DNA of 64,000 nucleotides from an uncultured bacterium. Lineage in GTDB: Bacteria > JAJVIF01 > JAPKYR01. The stretch lies in assembly GCA_965369865.1 (NCBI GenBank), contig CBDURU010000003.1, positions 36,560 through 100,559 of the forward strand, written 5' to 3'. The notes below the pieces were generated by a model. It was not told the origin of the DNA, did no database searches, and worked only from the letters and a program-made list of their open reading frames with translations. Both the position numbers and the translations under genes were made by a program. Positions 30,909 through 39,226 of this stretch are shown here, piece after piece. How positions within the stretch are numbered: position 1 is the first letter of the stretch; each line of letters begins with the position of its first letter.

Positions 30909-31293
30909 TTTATGCCTCCTAATCCGGAACATCTCAGTTCGGATAGACATTAGTTGGATCTAACAATTTTTCCCGAGGATTAAAACCGTAAAGCTTGATA
31001 AAATCAGGGGGTCCTGGCTCGTCATATCGCAATAGCCCGTTGATATGATCCTCCATGAAACCATATTTCATTGTATTGAAAGAAAGTTTCAATACATTAT
31101 GAAGCTTTAAGTCACCAGTAGTCAATTGAAATATTGATATATGGAAAATTCCTGTCGTGTCCCGTTCAGGGATTAGAAATGGCCTTGCGGGGTATTCGCC
31201 TTCGCTGTGTTGTAATTTATACTTGCATTTTAAGACCGTTATGTATTATTATGCATAACGACTTGTACGGATTGTGACCCGATTAATTAAGGA

Positions 31294-32166
31294 GTGAAAT
31301 CGATGATGATTCCCACAGTTTTCCAAAGGATGATTTTTTTTACCCTGGTCATTATGGTACTTTGCTCCGCCACAGGTGGATGTTCAAAGTCAATTGATTC
31401 CGATTCCAAAACTCCGGTTGAAACTGCGAGTGGCCGCGTAGCTATTAAACTTGCCACAACCACCAGCCTTGATAATTCAGGTTTGCTCGCTCACATTCTG
31501 CCCGTATTCACCGAAGAAACCGGTATTGAAGTTGACATAATCGCTGTTGGCACCGGAAAGGCGCTCGAGCTGGGCCGTGCGGGCGATGTTGATGTTTTAC
31601 TGGTCCATGCCCCGGATGCCGAGGAAGAATTTATCTCGGAGGGTTATGGATTGGATCGGTATTATGTGGCCCAGAACGAGTTTGTGATAGTTGGACCTCA
31701 GGCTGACCCGGCTGGAGTTGGAGAATCGAGCGGTATTGTCGATGCGTTTGGGAAAATCCATGACATTGAAGCGGTTTTTATTTCGCGCGGCGATCAATCC
31801 GGTACTCATAAGCGTGAACTTATAATCTGGGATGAAGCCGGGCTGGATCCCGAAGGCGCCTGGTATATCGAGGCGGGGCAGGGAATGGGGGCTGTACTCA
31901 CCATGGCCAGCGAACTTGAGGCGTACGCACTCAGTGATATCGGGACATTTTATTCAATGGAAGATCATCTCGACCTTGTCATCGTCCATTCAGGCGACGA
32001 GTTACTTGAGAATATTTACTCGGTGATTCCATTGAACGCGGATTTATATCCGGATCTTAAACACGAACAGGTAGCCGGGTTAATCGAATGGCTTACCGGT
32101 CCGGTTTGCGGAAATTTAATTAATCGATATGAAGTCAACGGTCACAAGCTTTTTGACGTCAGATAA
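31294..32166 (+). CDS. tupA: Tungstate (W/Mo oxyanion) ABC transporter substrate-binding protein, TupA-like
   Basis: 290 aa, signal peptide. PBP-fold SBP carrying the ATTTS motif (…IKLATTTSLDNSGLL…) typical of TupA/WtpA-type tungstate binders. GGAG RBS. First gene of an operon with 4-nt overlaps downstream. Confidence 0.7.
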   Translation: MKSMMIPTVFQRMIFFTLVIMVLCSATGGCSKSIDSDSKTPVETASGRVAIKLATTTSLDNSGLLAHILPVFTEETGIEVDIIAVGTGKALELGRAGDVDVLLVHAPDAEEEFISEGYGLDRYYVAQNEFVIVGPQADPAGVGESSGIVDAFGKIHDIEAVFISRGDQSGTHKRELIIWDEAGLDPEGAWYIEAGQGMGAVLTMASELEAYALSDIGTFYSMEDHLDLVIVHSGDELLENIYSVIPLNADLYPDLKHEQVAGLIEWLTGPVCGNLINRYEVNGHKLFDVR

Positions 32167-32199
32167 ATGTAATTAAATAAACAGGAGTGAGAATAATAG

Positions 32200-32895
32200 T
32201 TGGATGAATTAACAGTACAAAGTGTCGAAACGGTCGGTTACCTGTCGATGTTTAACGGGGACATCGTCGCACTTATCGGGACATCGTTCAACCTGTCCCT
32301 GTGGTCGACATCGATCGCCGCACTGATCGGCTTCCCGCTTGGGGTCTTAATCGGACTGTCCGAATTCAAAGGAAGAAGAACTGTTGATATCATTCTGAAT
32401 ACTCTTCTTTTCCTGCCGACTGTTGTGGTCGGGCACCTGGTTTACATGGCACTTACCAGGGAAGGATTTTTAGGGGATTTCCAACTACTTTTCACCCGTC
32501 CCGCAATTATTATAGGGCAGGTAATCCTTGCCACCCCAATAATCCTGACCATGGTTTCCAATACAGTACGGCTGGCGGACCGGCGGATCATTCCGACAGC
32601 ATTATCGATGGGGGCCAGTCGAATCAGGGCATATCTGCTTCTACTTGGTGAGGTGCGGGCTCTGGTGGTTCTCTCGCTGCTTGCGGCTTTCGCACGTGTT
32701 ATCTCGGAAGTCGGCGTTTCGATGATGCTGGGCGGGAATATTTTTGGAAAAACCCGGACGATTACCACGGGAATTGCCCTGCTTACCAGCCAGGGTGAAT
32801 TTTCCCAGGCAACGGTCCTCGGGCTTGTACTTCTGGTGATAGTTTTCGGAATCAATATTGTGGTTTACCAGGCTACACACAGGGTGTCTGCATGA
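32200..32895 (+). CDS. tupB: ABC transporter permease (TupB-like)
   Basis: 231 aa. About 5 TM segments and a binding-protein-dependent permease signature region. Overlaps the next gene by 4 nt. Confidence 0.7.
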   Translation: MDELTVQSVETVGYLSMFNGDIVALIGTSFNLSLWSTSIAALIGFPLGVLIGLSEFKGRRTVDIILNTLLFLPTVVVGHLVYMALTREGFLGDFQLLFTRPAIIIGQVILATPIILTMVSNTVRLADRRIIPTALSMGASRIRAYLLLLGEVRALVVLSLLAAFARVISEVGVSMMLGGNIFGKTRTITTGIALLTSQGEFSQATVLGLVLLVIVFGINIVVYQATHRVSA

Positions 32896-33935
32896 TTGTC
32901 ATGGAGTTTAAAACCTTGCAGCAAATCTATGATGATCGGGTTGTTCTCGATATCCCGTCGCTCTCGGTTGAACGCGGGAGTAAGGTCGCCCTGGTTGGAT
33001 CAAACGGCGCCGGCAAAACTACGTTATTGGAGATCGCGGCACTGCTCAAACGACCATCGTCCGGTGAAATATTCATCAATGGAAAACAGGTAGAATGGCA
33101 CTCATTGGATAATTACCGGTCGGATATCGCTTTTGTCGCACAGGATCCGTACTTTTTCACGGGGTCCCTTAATAAAAACATGGCATTCGCGCTTGCGGAT
33201 CAAAATTTATCACCCGATGCAAGAAACGCCCGGATAAAGAAATATCTTTCACTTCTTGGAATTGAGAAATTTGCCCATAGATCCCCCCGGACATTTTCCG
33301 CGGGCGAATTAAAACGCGCAGCGATCTCCCGGGCATTCTGCAGGGAAACTCCGATCATTCTTCTGGATGAACCATTCACGCACATCGACATCCCAAGTTC
33401 AACAATTCTGGAAGAGGTTATAAGTAATTTGCCCGATGACAGCACGGTAATTTTCTCGACCCATGAATTATCTCGCGCCAACCGTCTGGCCGATACCGTG
33501 ATTACTCTCGAAGCCGGGAAATTGTCGCCATGGACACCGGAAAACCTTTTCAGGATGACCGCTTATAAAGTCGATGACGGCATGGAGCTTGTAAGTAACG
33601 GATTTGGAAACGGAAATTCTACACAGGCGGAAAAGATCGCAATTTATTATCCGGGTGACCTCAGGGAAGGTTCCCAGTTCATGGTTTCCCTGAATCCTAA
33701 GGAAGTCCTTGTGTCGAAGGAACCTGTCAAATCATCGGCACGAAACAGTTACCGGGGATCGGTGAGGCAGATAAAAGCTGTAAATCCACGCAGCGTGCAT
33801 ATAACAGTTGAATGTCCGGGAAATTTTCCGCTCAGCGCGATTTTAACCGAAAGAGCTATGCGTGAGTTTGGAATAAGTGTGGGAGACGAGGTGTGGGTAC
33901 ATTTCAAATCATCGGCGGTGTATGTCCATGAATAA
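32892..33935 (+). CDS. tupC: ABC transporter ATP-binding protein with a C-terminal TOBE/Mop oxyanion-binding domain (TupC/ModC-like)
   Basis: 347 aa. Walker A GSNGAGKTTLL, signature FSAGELKRAAISRAF, Walker B ILLDEP. C-terminal TOBE-like segment (…SVRQIKAVNPRSVHITVECPGNFPLSAILTERAMREFGISVGDEVWVHFK). Confidence 0.8.
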   Translation: MIVMEFKTLQQIYDDRVVLDIPSLSVERGSKVALVGSNGAGKTTLLEIAALLKRPSSGEIFINGKQVEWHSLDNYRSDIAFVAQDPYFFTGSLNKNMAFALADQNLSPDARNARIKKYLSLLGIEKFAHRSPRTFSAGELKRAAISRAFCRETPIILLDEPFTHIDIPSSTILEEVISNLPDDSTVIFSTHELSRANRLADTVITLEAGKLSPWTPENLFRMTAYKVDDGMELVSNGFGNGNSTQAEKIAIYYPGDLREGSQFMVSLNPKEVLVSKEPVKSSARNSYRGSVRQIKAVNPRSVHITVECPGNFPLSAILTERAMREFGISVGDEVWVHFKSSAVYVHE

Positions 33936-35172
33936 AACCAGTGTACAAGTGAGTAAGGACTTGATTTCAATCAGCGAAGCGGTAGGGATGGTTCTTGATT
34001 CTGTAAAACCCTTGCCCTCAATGAAGGTGATGCTGCAGGGATCGAAGAACTACAGGCTATCACAACCGGTGTATGCGGATATGGACGCACCCTCGTTCGA
34101 CAGGGCCATGATGGATGGTTACGCGCTCAAGGCATCAACATCGGGAGAGGGAGTAGAGATTGAAATTGTCGGAGAAATCGCGGCGGGTAAACCCCGGTCC
34201 GAATCAGTCCCCGGTGGGAAAGCTGTCAAAATTATGACCGGCGCCCCGATGCCTGAGGGCGCCGATGCGGTAATCGAGGTCGAACTGACAGAAGTCGTCG
34301 GGGGTAACAAGGTGCGCCTGAATGCTGGTGTTAAACCCGGAAAAAATATTGCATTTAAGGGCGAGGAAATGAAGAGCGGCCAGGAGATTTTAAAAACCGG
34401 AACTTTTATCGACGCTCCGGTAGCCGCGGTTCTTGCGATGGCCGGGAAATCTATGGTCGATGTTTACAGCCTGCCGAGAATAGGAATCCTGGTAACCGGA
34501 ACGGAACTTATCGATCCCGGCAACCCGCTGAAGCCCGGGCAGATAAGGGAAACCAACACTTTCAGCCTTACGGCACAGTCCCTGATATGGGGAGGAATCC
34601 CGATCCGCCTTGGAAAAGCGGGCGACGATCCCGAAAGCCTGAAAGCAGGTATCCACCGTGGATTTGAATACGAAATCTTCACTATTACAGGTGGTGTCTC
34701 GATGGGTGATTACGATCTTGTCCCCGACATACTTCGTGAAATGGGAGTCGAGGTCCTGTTCCATAAAGTAGCCCAGAAACCGGGAAAGCCGATCCTGTAC
34801 GGGAAAAAAGGATCGACTCATATTTTCGGCCTTCCGGGAAATCCTGTCGCGGTTTTCATTGGATTTGAATTGTATGTCGGGCCGCTGATTCGGCAACTTG
34901 CGGGCGAGGGAAATTTCCAAACTAAATGGCATAAGGGTGTTTCGACCGCAGAATTCAAGGTAAATGGAGACCGGACAATATTCAAACCCGCGATAGTTGA
35001 ACCGGTGGATGGGTTATGGAAGGTCCAACCGGTCCCCAGTCACGGGTCGGCCGACATTTACAGCATCGTCGGCACTAACGCGTTCGCGAAATTCAAGGAA
35101 GGTAAATATTCCGTTCCTGAAGGGACGGAAGTCGAGTTCTTTTTCCACAGAGGCAAACCGTATGGAGCTTAG
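33922..35172 (+). CDS. moeA: Molybdopterin molybdenum/tungsten-transferase MoeA
   Basis: MoeA N-terminal and MoCF-binding domains (…GGVSMGDYDLVPD…GLPGNPVAVF…). The ORF opens at 33877 inside tupC. Met codons at 33922 and 33928 overlapping the tupC stop are the likely start. Confidence 0.85.
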   Translation: MSMNKTSVQVSKDLISISEAVGMVLDSVKPLPSMKVMLQGSKNYRLSQPVYADMDAPSFDRAMMDGYALKASTSGEGVEIEIVGEIAAGKPRSESVPGGKAVKIMTGAPMPEGADAVIEVELTEVVGGNKVRLNAGVKPGKNIAFKGEEMKSGQEILKTGTFIDAPVAAVLAMAGKSMVDVYSLPRIGILVTGTELIDPGNPLKPGQIRETNTFSLTAQSLIWGGIPIRLGKAGDDPESLKAGIHRGFEYEIFTITGGVSMGDYDLVPDILREMGVEVLFHKVAQKPGKPILYGKKGSTHIFGLPGNPVAVFIGFELYVGPLIRQLAGEGNFQTKWHKGVSTAEFKVNGDRTIFKPAIVEPVDGLWKVQPVPSHGSADIYSIVGTNAFAKFKEGKYSVPEGTEVEFFFHRGKPYGA

Positions 35173-36133
35173 AGACAAGCTGGGAAGAAAGATTAATTAC
35201 CTTCGCCTGTCGGTTACCGACCGCTGCAACCAGCGGTGTATTTACTGTATGCCGGAGGAGGGCATTGAGTTTACGGCGTACGATAAGGTACTCAGGCTTG
35301 AGGAACTCGCCGGGCTGGCCGCACGGTTCATAAGCCTTTTTGAGATCGATAAAATCCGGCTGACGGGTGGAGAGCCGCTGGTTCGCAAGAATGTGGAAGT
35401 CCTGGTTGAGATTCTCTCCGCGAATCCGGCACTTAAAGATTTAGCCCTGACGACAAACGGGAGCCGTCTTGCAGCGAAAGCAAAAGCCCTTTTGTCGGCA
35501 GGATTGCGAAGGATAAATGTCTCGCTGGATTCACTCAATGAGGATCGTTACCGGAAAGTTACCGGTGGAGGGAATCTCAGCGATGTTCTTGAAGGGCTTG
35601 AAGTCGCAAAGGACGCCGGGCTGACACCCATCAAAATAAATACTGTCCTGCTTGGGGATTTCGAAGAGGAATTTGAGCTTATCGAGTGGGCAAACCGCAA
35701 CGGGCACATCCTGCGATTCATTGAGCTGATGCCGCATTCGTCGGAAAATTCCGGGAGGTTGGGACAGGGGGGGGCAACCGAAGCGGAAATCCTTGCCCGG
35801 CTTGAAACAAAGGTTGGGGGAATTGAAAAAATAGAAAGCCATGAAACCAGGCCCGGCAATCATTCAAGCAAGTACATGGTTTCTGAACGAGACTGGGTTT
35901 TCGAGGTGATCCCGAGCGTATCCGCCCCGTTCTGCGATAAGTGCAACCGGATCAGGTTGGACTGCCAGGGGATTTTACGTCCCTGCCTTTACAGCTCCTC
36001 GACAATCCAATTACGGGACTACCTTCATCTGCCGGATGAGGATTTCATAAAGGTCGTTGAAAAATTTGTCGGTCGAAAAACCGGACGTGCATTCAAACAT
36101 ATCGGGAGCGACATGTCGTCGATTGGAGGATGA
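35162..36133 (+). CDS. moaA: GTP 3',8-cyclase MoaA (radical SAM)
   Basis: MELRDKLGRKINYLRLSVTDRCNQRCIYCMPEEG… carries the CxxxCxxC radical-SAM motif. The C-terminal second cluster is CDKCNRIRLDCQG. The start overlaps the moeA stop by 11 nt. Confidence 0.9.
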   Translation: MELRDKLGRKINYLRLSVTDRCNQRCIYCMPEEGIEFTAYDKVLRLEELAGLAARFISLFEIDKIRLTGGEPLVRKNVEVLVEILSANPALKDLALTTNGSRLAAKAKALLSAGLRRINVSLDSLNEDRYRKVTGGGNLSDVLEGLEVAKDAGLTPIKINTVLLGDFEEEFELIEWANRNGHILRFIELMPHSSENSGRLGQGGATEAEILARLETKVGGIEKIESHETRPGNHSSKYMVSERDWVFEVIPSVSAPFCDKCNRIRLDCQGILRPCLYSSSTIQLRDYLHLPDEDFIKVVEKFVGRKTGRAFKHIGSDMSSIGG

Positions 36134-36134
36134 A

Positions 36135-36611
36135 ATGGAACTGAGTCATCTAAATAAAAAGGGACACGCGCACATGGTCGATGTTTCCGAAAAAGACATC
36201 ACCAGACGTATCGCCATTGCCACTGGGTTTATTCATATGCAACCCGCAGTCATTGAAGCGGTTACATCGGGAAATATTCCAAAGGGTGATATTCTGGCCG
36301 CGGCGCGGATCGCAGGAATCCAGGCCGCAAAAAAGACAAGCGACCTGATCCCGCTCTGCCATCCCCTTCCGATCGACCAGGTGTTGGTTGATTTTTCAAT
36401 CGAAAAAAATGGGATTGCCGTAACCGCGAAAGTGACCTCAACTGGACGAACCGGTGTCGAGATGGAAGCGTTGACCGCGGTGTCAATCGCTTCGTTAACA
36501 ATCTACGACATGTGCAAGGCAGTCGATAAAGGAATAAAAATCAGCGATATCGGGTTGATGGAAAAATCCGGAGGACGATCGGGCCATTACATAAGGAGTG
36601 AAAAATCATGA
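36135..36611 (+). CDS. moaC: Cyclic pyranopterin monophosphate synthase MoaC
   Basis: MELSHLNKKGHAHMVDVSEKDITRRIAIATG… and …LIPLCHPLPI… are typical MoaC. The ORF opens at a TTG at 36057. The ATG at 36135 follows directly on the moaA stop. Confidence 0.9.
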   Translation: MELSHLNKKGHAHMVDVSEKDITRRIAIATGFIHMQPAVIEAVTSGNIPKGDILAAARIAGIQAAKKTSDLIPLCHPLPIDQVLVDFSIEKNGIAVTAKVTSTGRTGVEMEALTAVSIASLTIYDMCKAVDKGIKISDIGLMEKSGGRSGHYIRSEKS

Positions 36612-37039
36612 AAGCTGAAATTATCGCTACGTCAATCAGCGAAAATAAGGGAACATCGAAAACAAACGTTGAAACGATTACGCTGGTCGTGGAACTTGGA
36701 GTAAAGGACGACGCCCATGCCGGGCCGGGACTTCGACAAGTATCGCTTATCGGAATGGACACGATCAGAAAAATAAACGAGAAGGGTATAGATGTCGAAC
36801 CCGGCGGATTCGGTGAGAACATTACAACCGAGGGGGTTGTACTTTACGAACTCCCGGTCGGCACGAAGTTTATTATTGGCGATGTTGAAATGGAAGTTAC
36901 ACAGATCGGGAAAGAATGCCATGAAGCATGCGCGATCCGTAAAAAGGTGGGTGACTGCCCGATGCCCCGGGAGGGTATTTTCGCAAGAGTGATAAAAGGC
37001 GGTGATGTGAGTGCCGGAAGCACAATTGAAATCAGTTAA
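36608..37039 (+). CDS. MOSC-domain protein (MoCo sulfurase C-terminal-like beta-barrel)
   Basis: 143 aa. Similar to YiiM/MOSC family members (…RQVSLIGMDTIRKINEKGIDVEPGGFGENITTEG…). ATGA overlap with the moaC stop. Confidence 0.65.
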   Translation: MKAEIIATSISENKGTSKTNVETITLVVELGVKDDAHAGPGLRQVSLIGMDTIRKINEKGIDVEPGGFGENITTEGVVLYELPVGTKFIIGDVEMEVTQIGKECHEACAIRKKVGDCPMPREGIFARVIKGGDVSAGSTIEIS

Positions 37040-37562
37040 AGCCAGGATTGTTACGATGTCCGATTCCCGCTCGACCGGGGAACGAATCGATACGGTCGGT
37101 CCTATGCTGACTGAGAAACTACAATTTCTGGGTGCGGATATCGATCCACCCGTTGTAATTCCTGACGAAAAAGACGTTCTGATAAAAACTCTGTGTCAAT
37201 TATCCGACGATGATTGCATTGACCTGATTATCACGACCGGAGGGACAGGCCTGTCGCCGAGAGACATCACTCCGGACGCGACACGTGAAGTAATCGACAT
37301 GGATATTCCAGGTTTTGGCGAATTGATACGGTACGAGGGCGGCAAACAAACCTTGCGCGCGTACCTGTCGCGTGGAATCGCCGGGATCAGGGGCAGGAGC
37401 CTGATAATCAATCTGCCCGGAAGCGAACGCGGCGCGATGCATTCGCTCGAGGTCCTGATGCCGTTGATACCCCATGCATTAGAAACAATCAGAGGAGAAG
37501 CTCACGAGTGCGGCAGTAAGATCGGCGAAAAAGATCAAGTGCATACTCACGATCGCTCATGA
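37011..37562 (+). CDS. mogA: Molybdenum cofactor biosynthesis protein MogA/MoaB family (MPT adenylyltransferase)
   Basis: …ARIVTMSDSRSTGERIDTVGPML…DLIITTGGTGLSPRDITPDAT… is the MogA/MoaB signature. The start may be the internal Met at 37056. Confidence 0.8.
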   Translation: MPEAQLKSVKARIVTMSDSRSTGERIDTVGPMLTEKLQFLGADIDPPVVIPDEKDVLIKTLCQLSDDDCIDLIITTGGTGLSPRDITPDATREVIDMDIPGFGELIRYEGGKQTLRAYLSRGIAGIRGRSLIINLPGSERGAMHSLEVLMPLIPHALETIRGEAHECGSKIGEKDQVHTHDRS

Positions 37563-38134
37563 CAGAAACAGCAATCATACTAACAGGCGGCAAAAGCCTG
37601 CGCTACGGAAGTCCCAAGGGGCTTGAAAAGGTCGGTGACCGGACTTTGATAGGGAAACTGGCGCTGGAACTCCGTACGGCGGGGATCGATGACATTTATT
37701 TGTCCACCGATGATTATGAACGGTATGAATTCCTTGGGCTTCCGATTATTCCCGACCGCTTCAAGGGCGGCGGACCCCTCGCGGGAATTCACAGCGCTCT
37801 CCTTGAGACAGGAACCGAAAAACTGCTCGTGCTGCCCTGCGATTTACCGGGGCTGAAGTCGGTACAAATCAGGACCCTTCTGGATGCGGCGAATGAAAAA
37901 CCGGCACCGGTTGTGTTTGTAAAAACACCATCGCAGGAGCACCCGCTGTGTTCGGTAGTACGAAGCGATCTCCTTGAAAAATTGACTGAGACATTGTCGG
38001 ATGGAAAAAACGCGGCACTCAGATTTTTCAAGGACGTCGATCACAAAACTGTTTTTTTTGAAGATGAGACACCGTTTATGAACGTAAACACCCCGGAAGA
38101 TTTAAAGGTCTGGGAGGCGGATAATGTCGTCTGA
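37559..38134 (+). CDS. mobA: Molybdenum cofactor guanylyltransferase MobA
   Basis: 191 aa. N-terminal AIILTGGKSLRYG…PKGL and …LPCDLPGL… motifs of MobA-like NTP-transferases. ATGA overlap with mogA. Confidence 0.75.
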   Translation: MTETAIILTGGKSLRYGSPKGLEKVGDRTLIGKLALELRTAGIDDIYLSTDDYERYEFLGLPIIPDRFKGGGPLAGIHSALLETGTEKLLVLPCDLPGLKSVQIRTLLDAANEKPAPVVFVKTPSQEHPLCSVVRSDLLEKLTETLSDGKNAALRFFKDVDHKTVFFEDETPFMNVNTPEDLKVWEADNVV

Positions 38135-38918
38135 CGATTTATATGATGAGCTCGATACAGTTCGTTACAGCCCTAAACACGGGTTCCGGAAAATTGAGGA
38201 CCCGGTCGTTCGTGAAACTTCCCTCCGGGTTTTTGTGAATGACCTTGAAGTGGTGGTCATTCAATCCCTGAAACATGAAATCAGGGAACTGGCACTTGGA
38301 TTTTTATACACCGAGTGCGTGATAAATGATGTCAGTGCCGTGAAGGAAATCGAAGTGAACGACGGGCTGCATGCTGTGAAGGTTATAACATCCGAGAAAA
38401 TAACACAGGGAAATATCCCGTCAGTCAGGTCGATCACATCGGGATGCGGCGCCGAGGTTTCCTTTATTAATCCAATGCAGTCAAATCTTTTCAAGATATT
38501 GCAGTCGAAGGAAACCCTTAGAGTGGAGGTTATTTCAAAATTGATGCGAAAATTGATGAAAGCATCGAAGCTTTTTACTGAGACCGGAGCCGTACACATC
38601 GCGGCATTCAGCGATGGCGAAAAGCTGATTCATGTTTCAGAAGACATCGGCAGGCATAACTGCATCGACAAAATCATCGGCTGGAAACTCCTTAACAATA
38701 AATCCAGTTCCCATCTACGGTTGATTTTAGCCAGTGGAAGGCTGTCGAGTGATATCGTCGCGAAATCCATCCGGGGTGGTGTACCGATAGTAGTATCCCA
38801 TTCCGCTCCCACACGTGGGGCGATTCAGCTTGCCAAAGATTTTGGAATTACATTGATAGGTTTTGCCAGGGGAAGCAGATTTAATATTTATTCTCATGAG
38901 GAGCGAATAGTCCAATGA
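38124..38918 (+). CDS. fdhD: Formate dehydrogenase accessory sulfurtransferase FdhD
   Basis: 264 aa. FdhD signature …EDIGRHNCIDKIIGW… near the C-terminus. Overlaps mobA by 11 nt. Confidence 0.85.
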   Translation: MSSDDLYDELDTVRYSPKHGFRKIEDPVVRETSLRVFVNDLEVVVIQSLKHEIRELALGFLYTECVINDVSAVKEIEVNDGLHAVKVITSEKITQGNIPSVRSITSGCGAEVSFINPMQSNLFKILQSKETLRVEVISKLMRKLMKASKLFTETGAVHIAAFSDGEKLIHVSEDIGRHNCIDKIIGWKLLNNKSSSHLRLILASGRLSSDIVAKSIRGGVPIVVSHSAPTRGAIQLAKDFGITLIGFARGSRFNIYSHEERIVQ

Positions 38919-39226
38919 CAGATTCGAGTAAAGTTTTCTTGAACAATCCCACAGATGAGCAAAGGAACTCACTTGTAAAATTTTTCGATGACGCGGGGAT
39001 TTCGGTGGAATGGCTGGGTACATCCGATGGCGCCGATGTTACCGTTGACTGGCCGGATGACAAGGTTGTCTGTGAACGGGACAGTCTTCATGCCGGTGGA
39101 CGGATATCATGCCCAAACGCTTTTGTAATTGCCCGACGCCTGAAAATCAAACGGGGTTTGATTGGTAACTTGATGAATCACCTTGATATCAGAATTTATG
39201 GCTGCCAGCTTGGGTGTTTTAAATGA
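38915..39226 (+). CDS. Small Cys-containing hypothetical protein inside the Moco operon
   Basis: 103 aa. ATGA overlaps on both sides argue it is translated. Cys pairs (CERDSLHAGGRISC, GCQLGC). No family recognised. Confidence 0.4.
   Translation: MTDSSKVFLNNPTDEQRNSLVKFFDDAGISVEWLGTSDGADVTVDWPDDKVVCERDSLHAGGRISCPNAFVIARRLKIKRGLIGNLMNHLDIRIYGCQLGCFK

Noticed and set aside
30934-31125. 63-aa minus-strand ORF upstream of the lipoprotein array
   Set aside because: TTG start without a Shine-Dalgarno sequence, in AT-rich leader DNA. It overlaps the array start only under the uncorrected start call. Probably non-coding.
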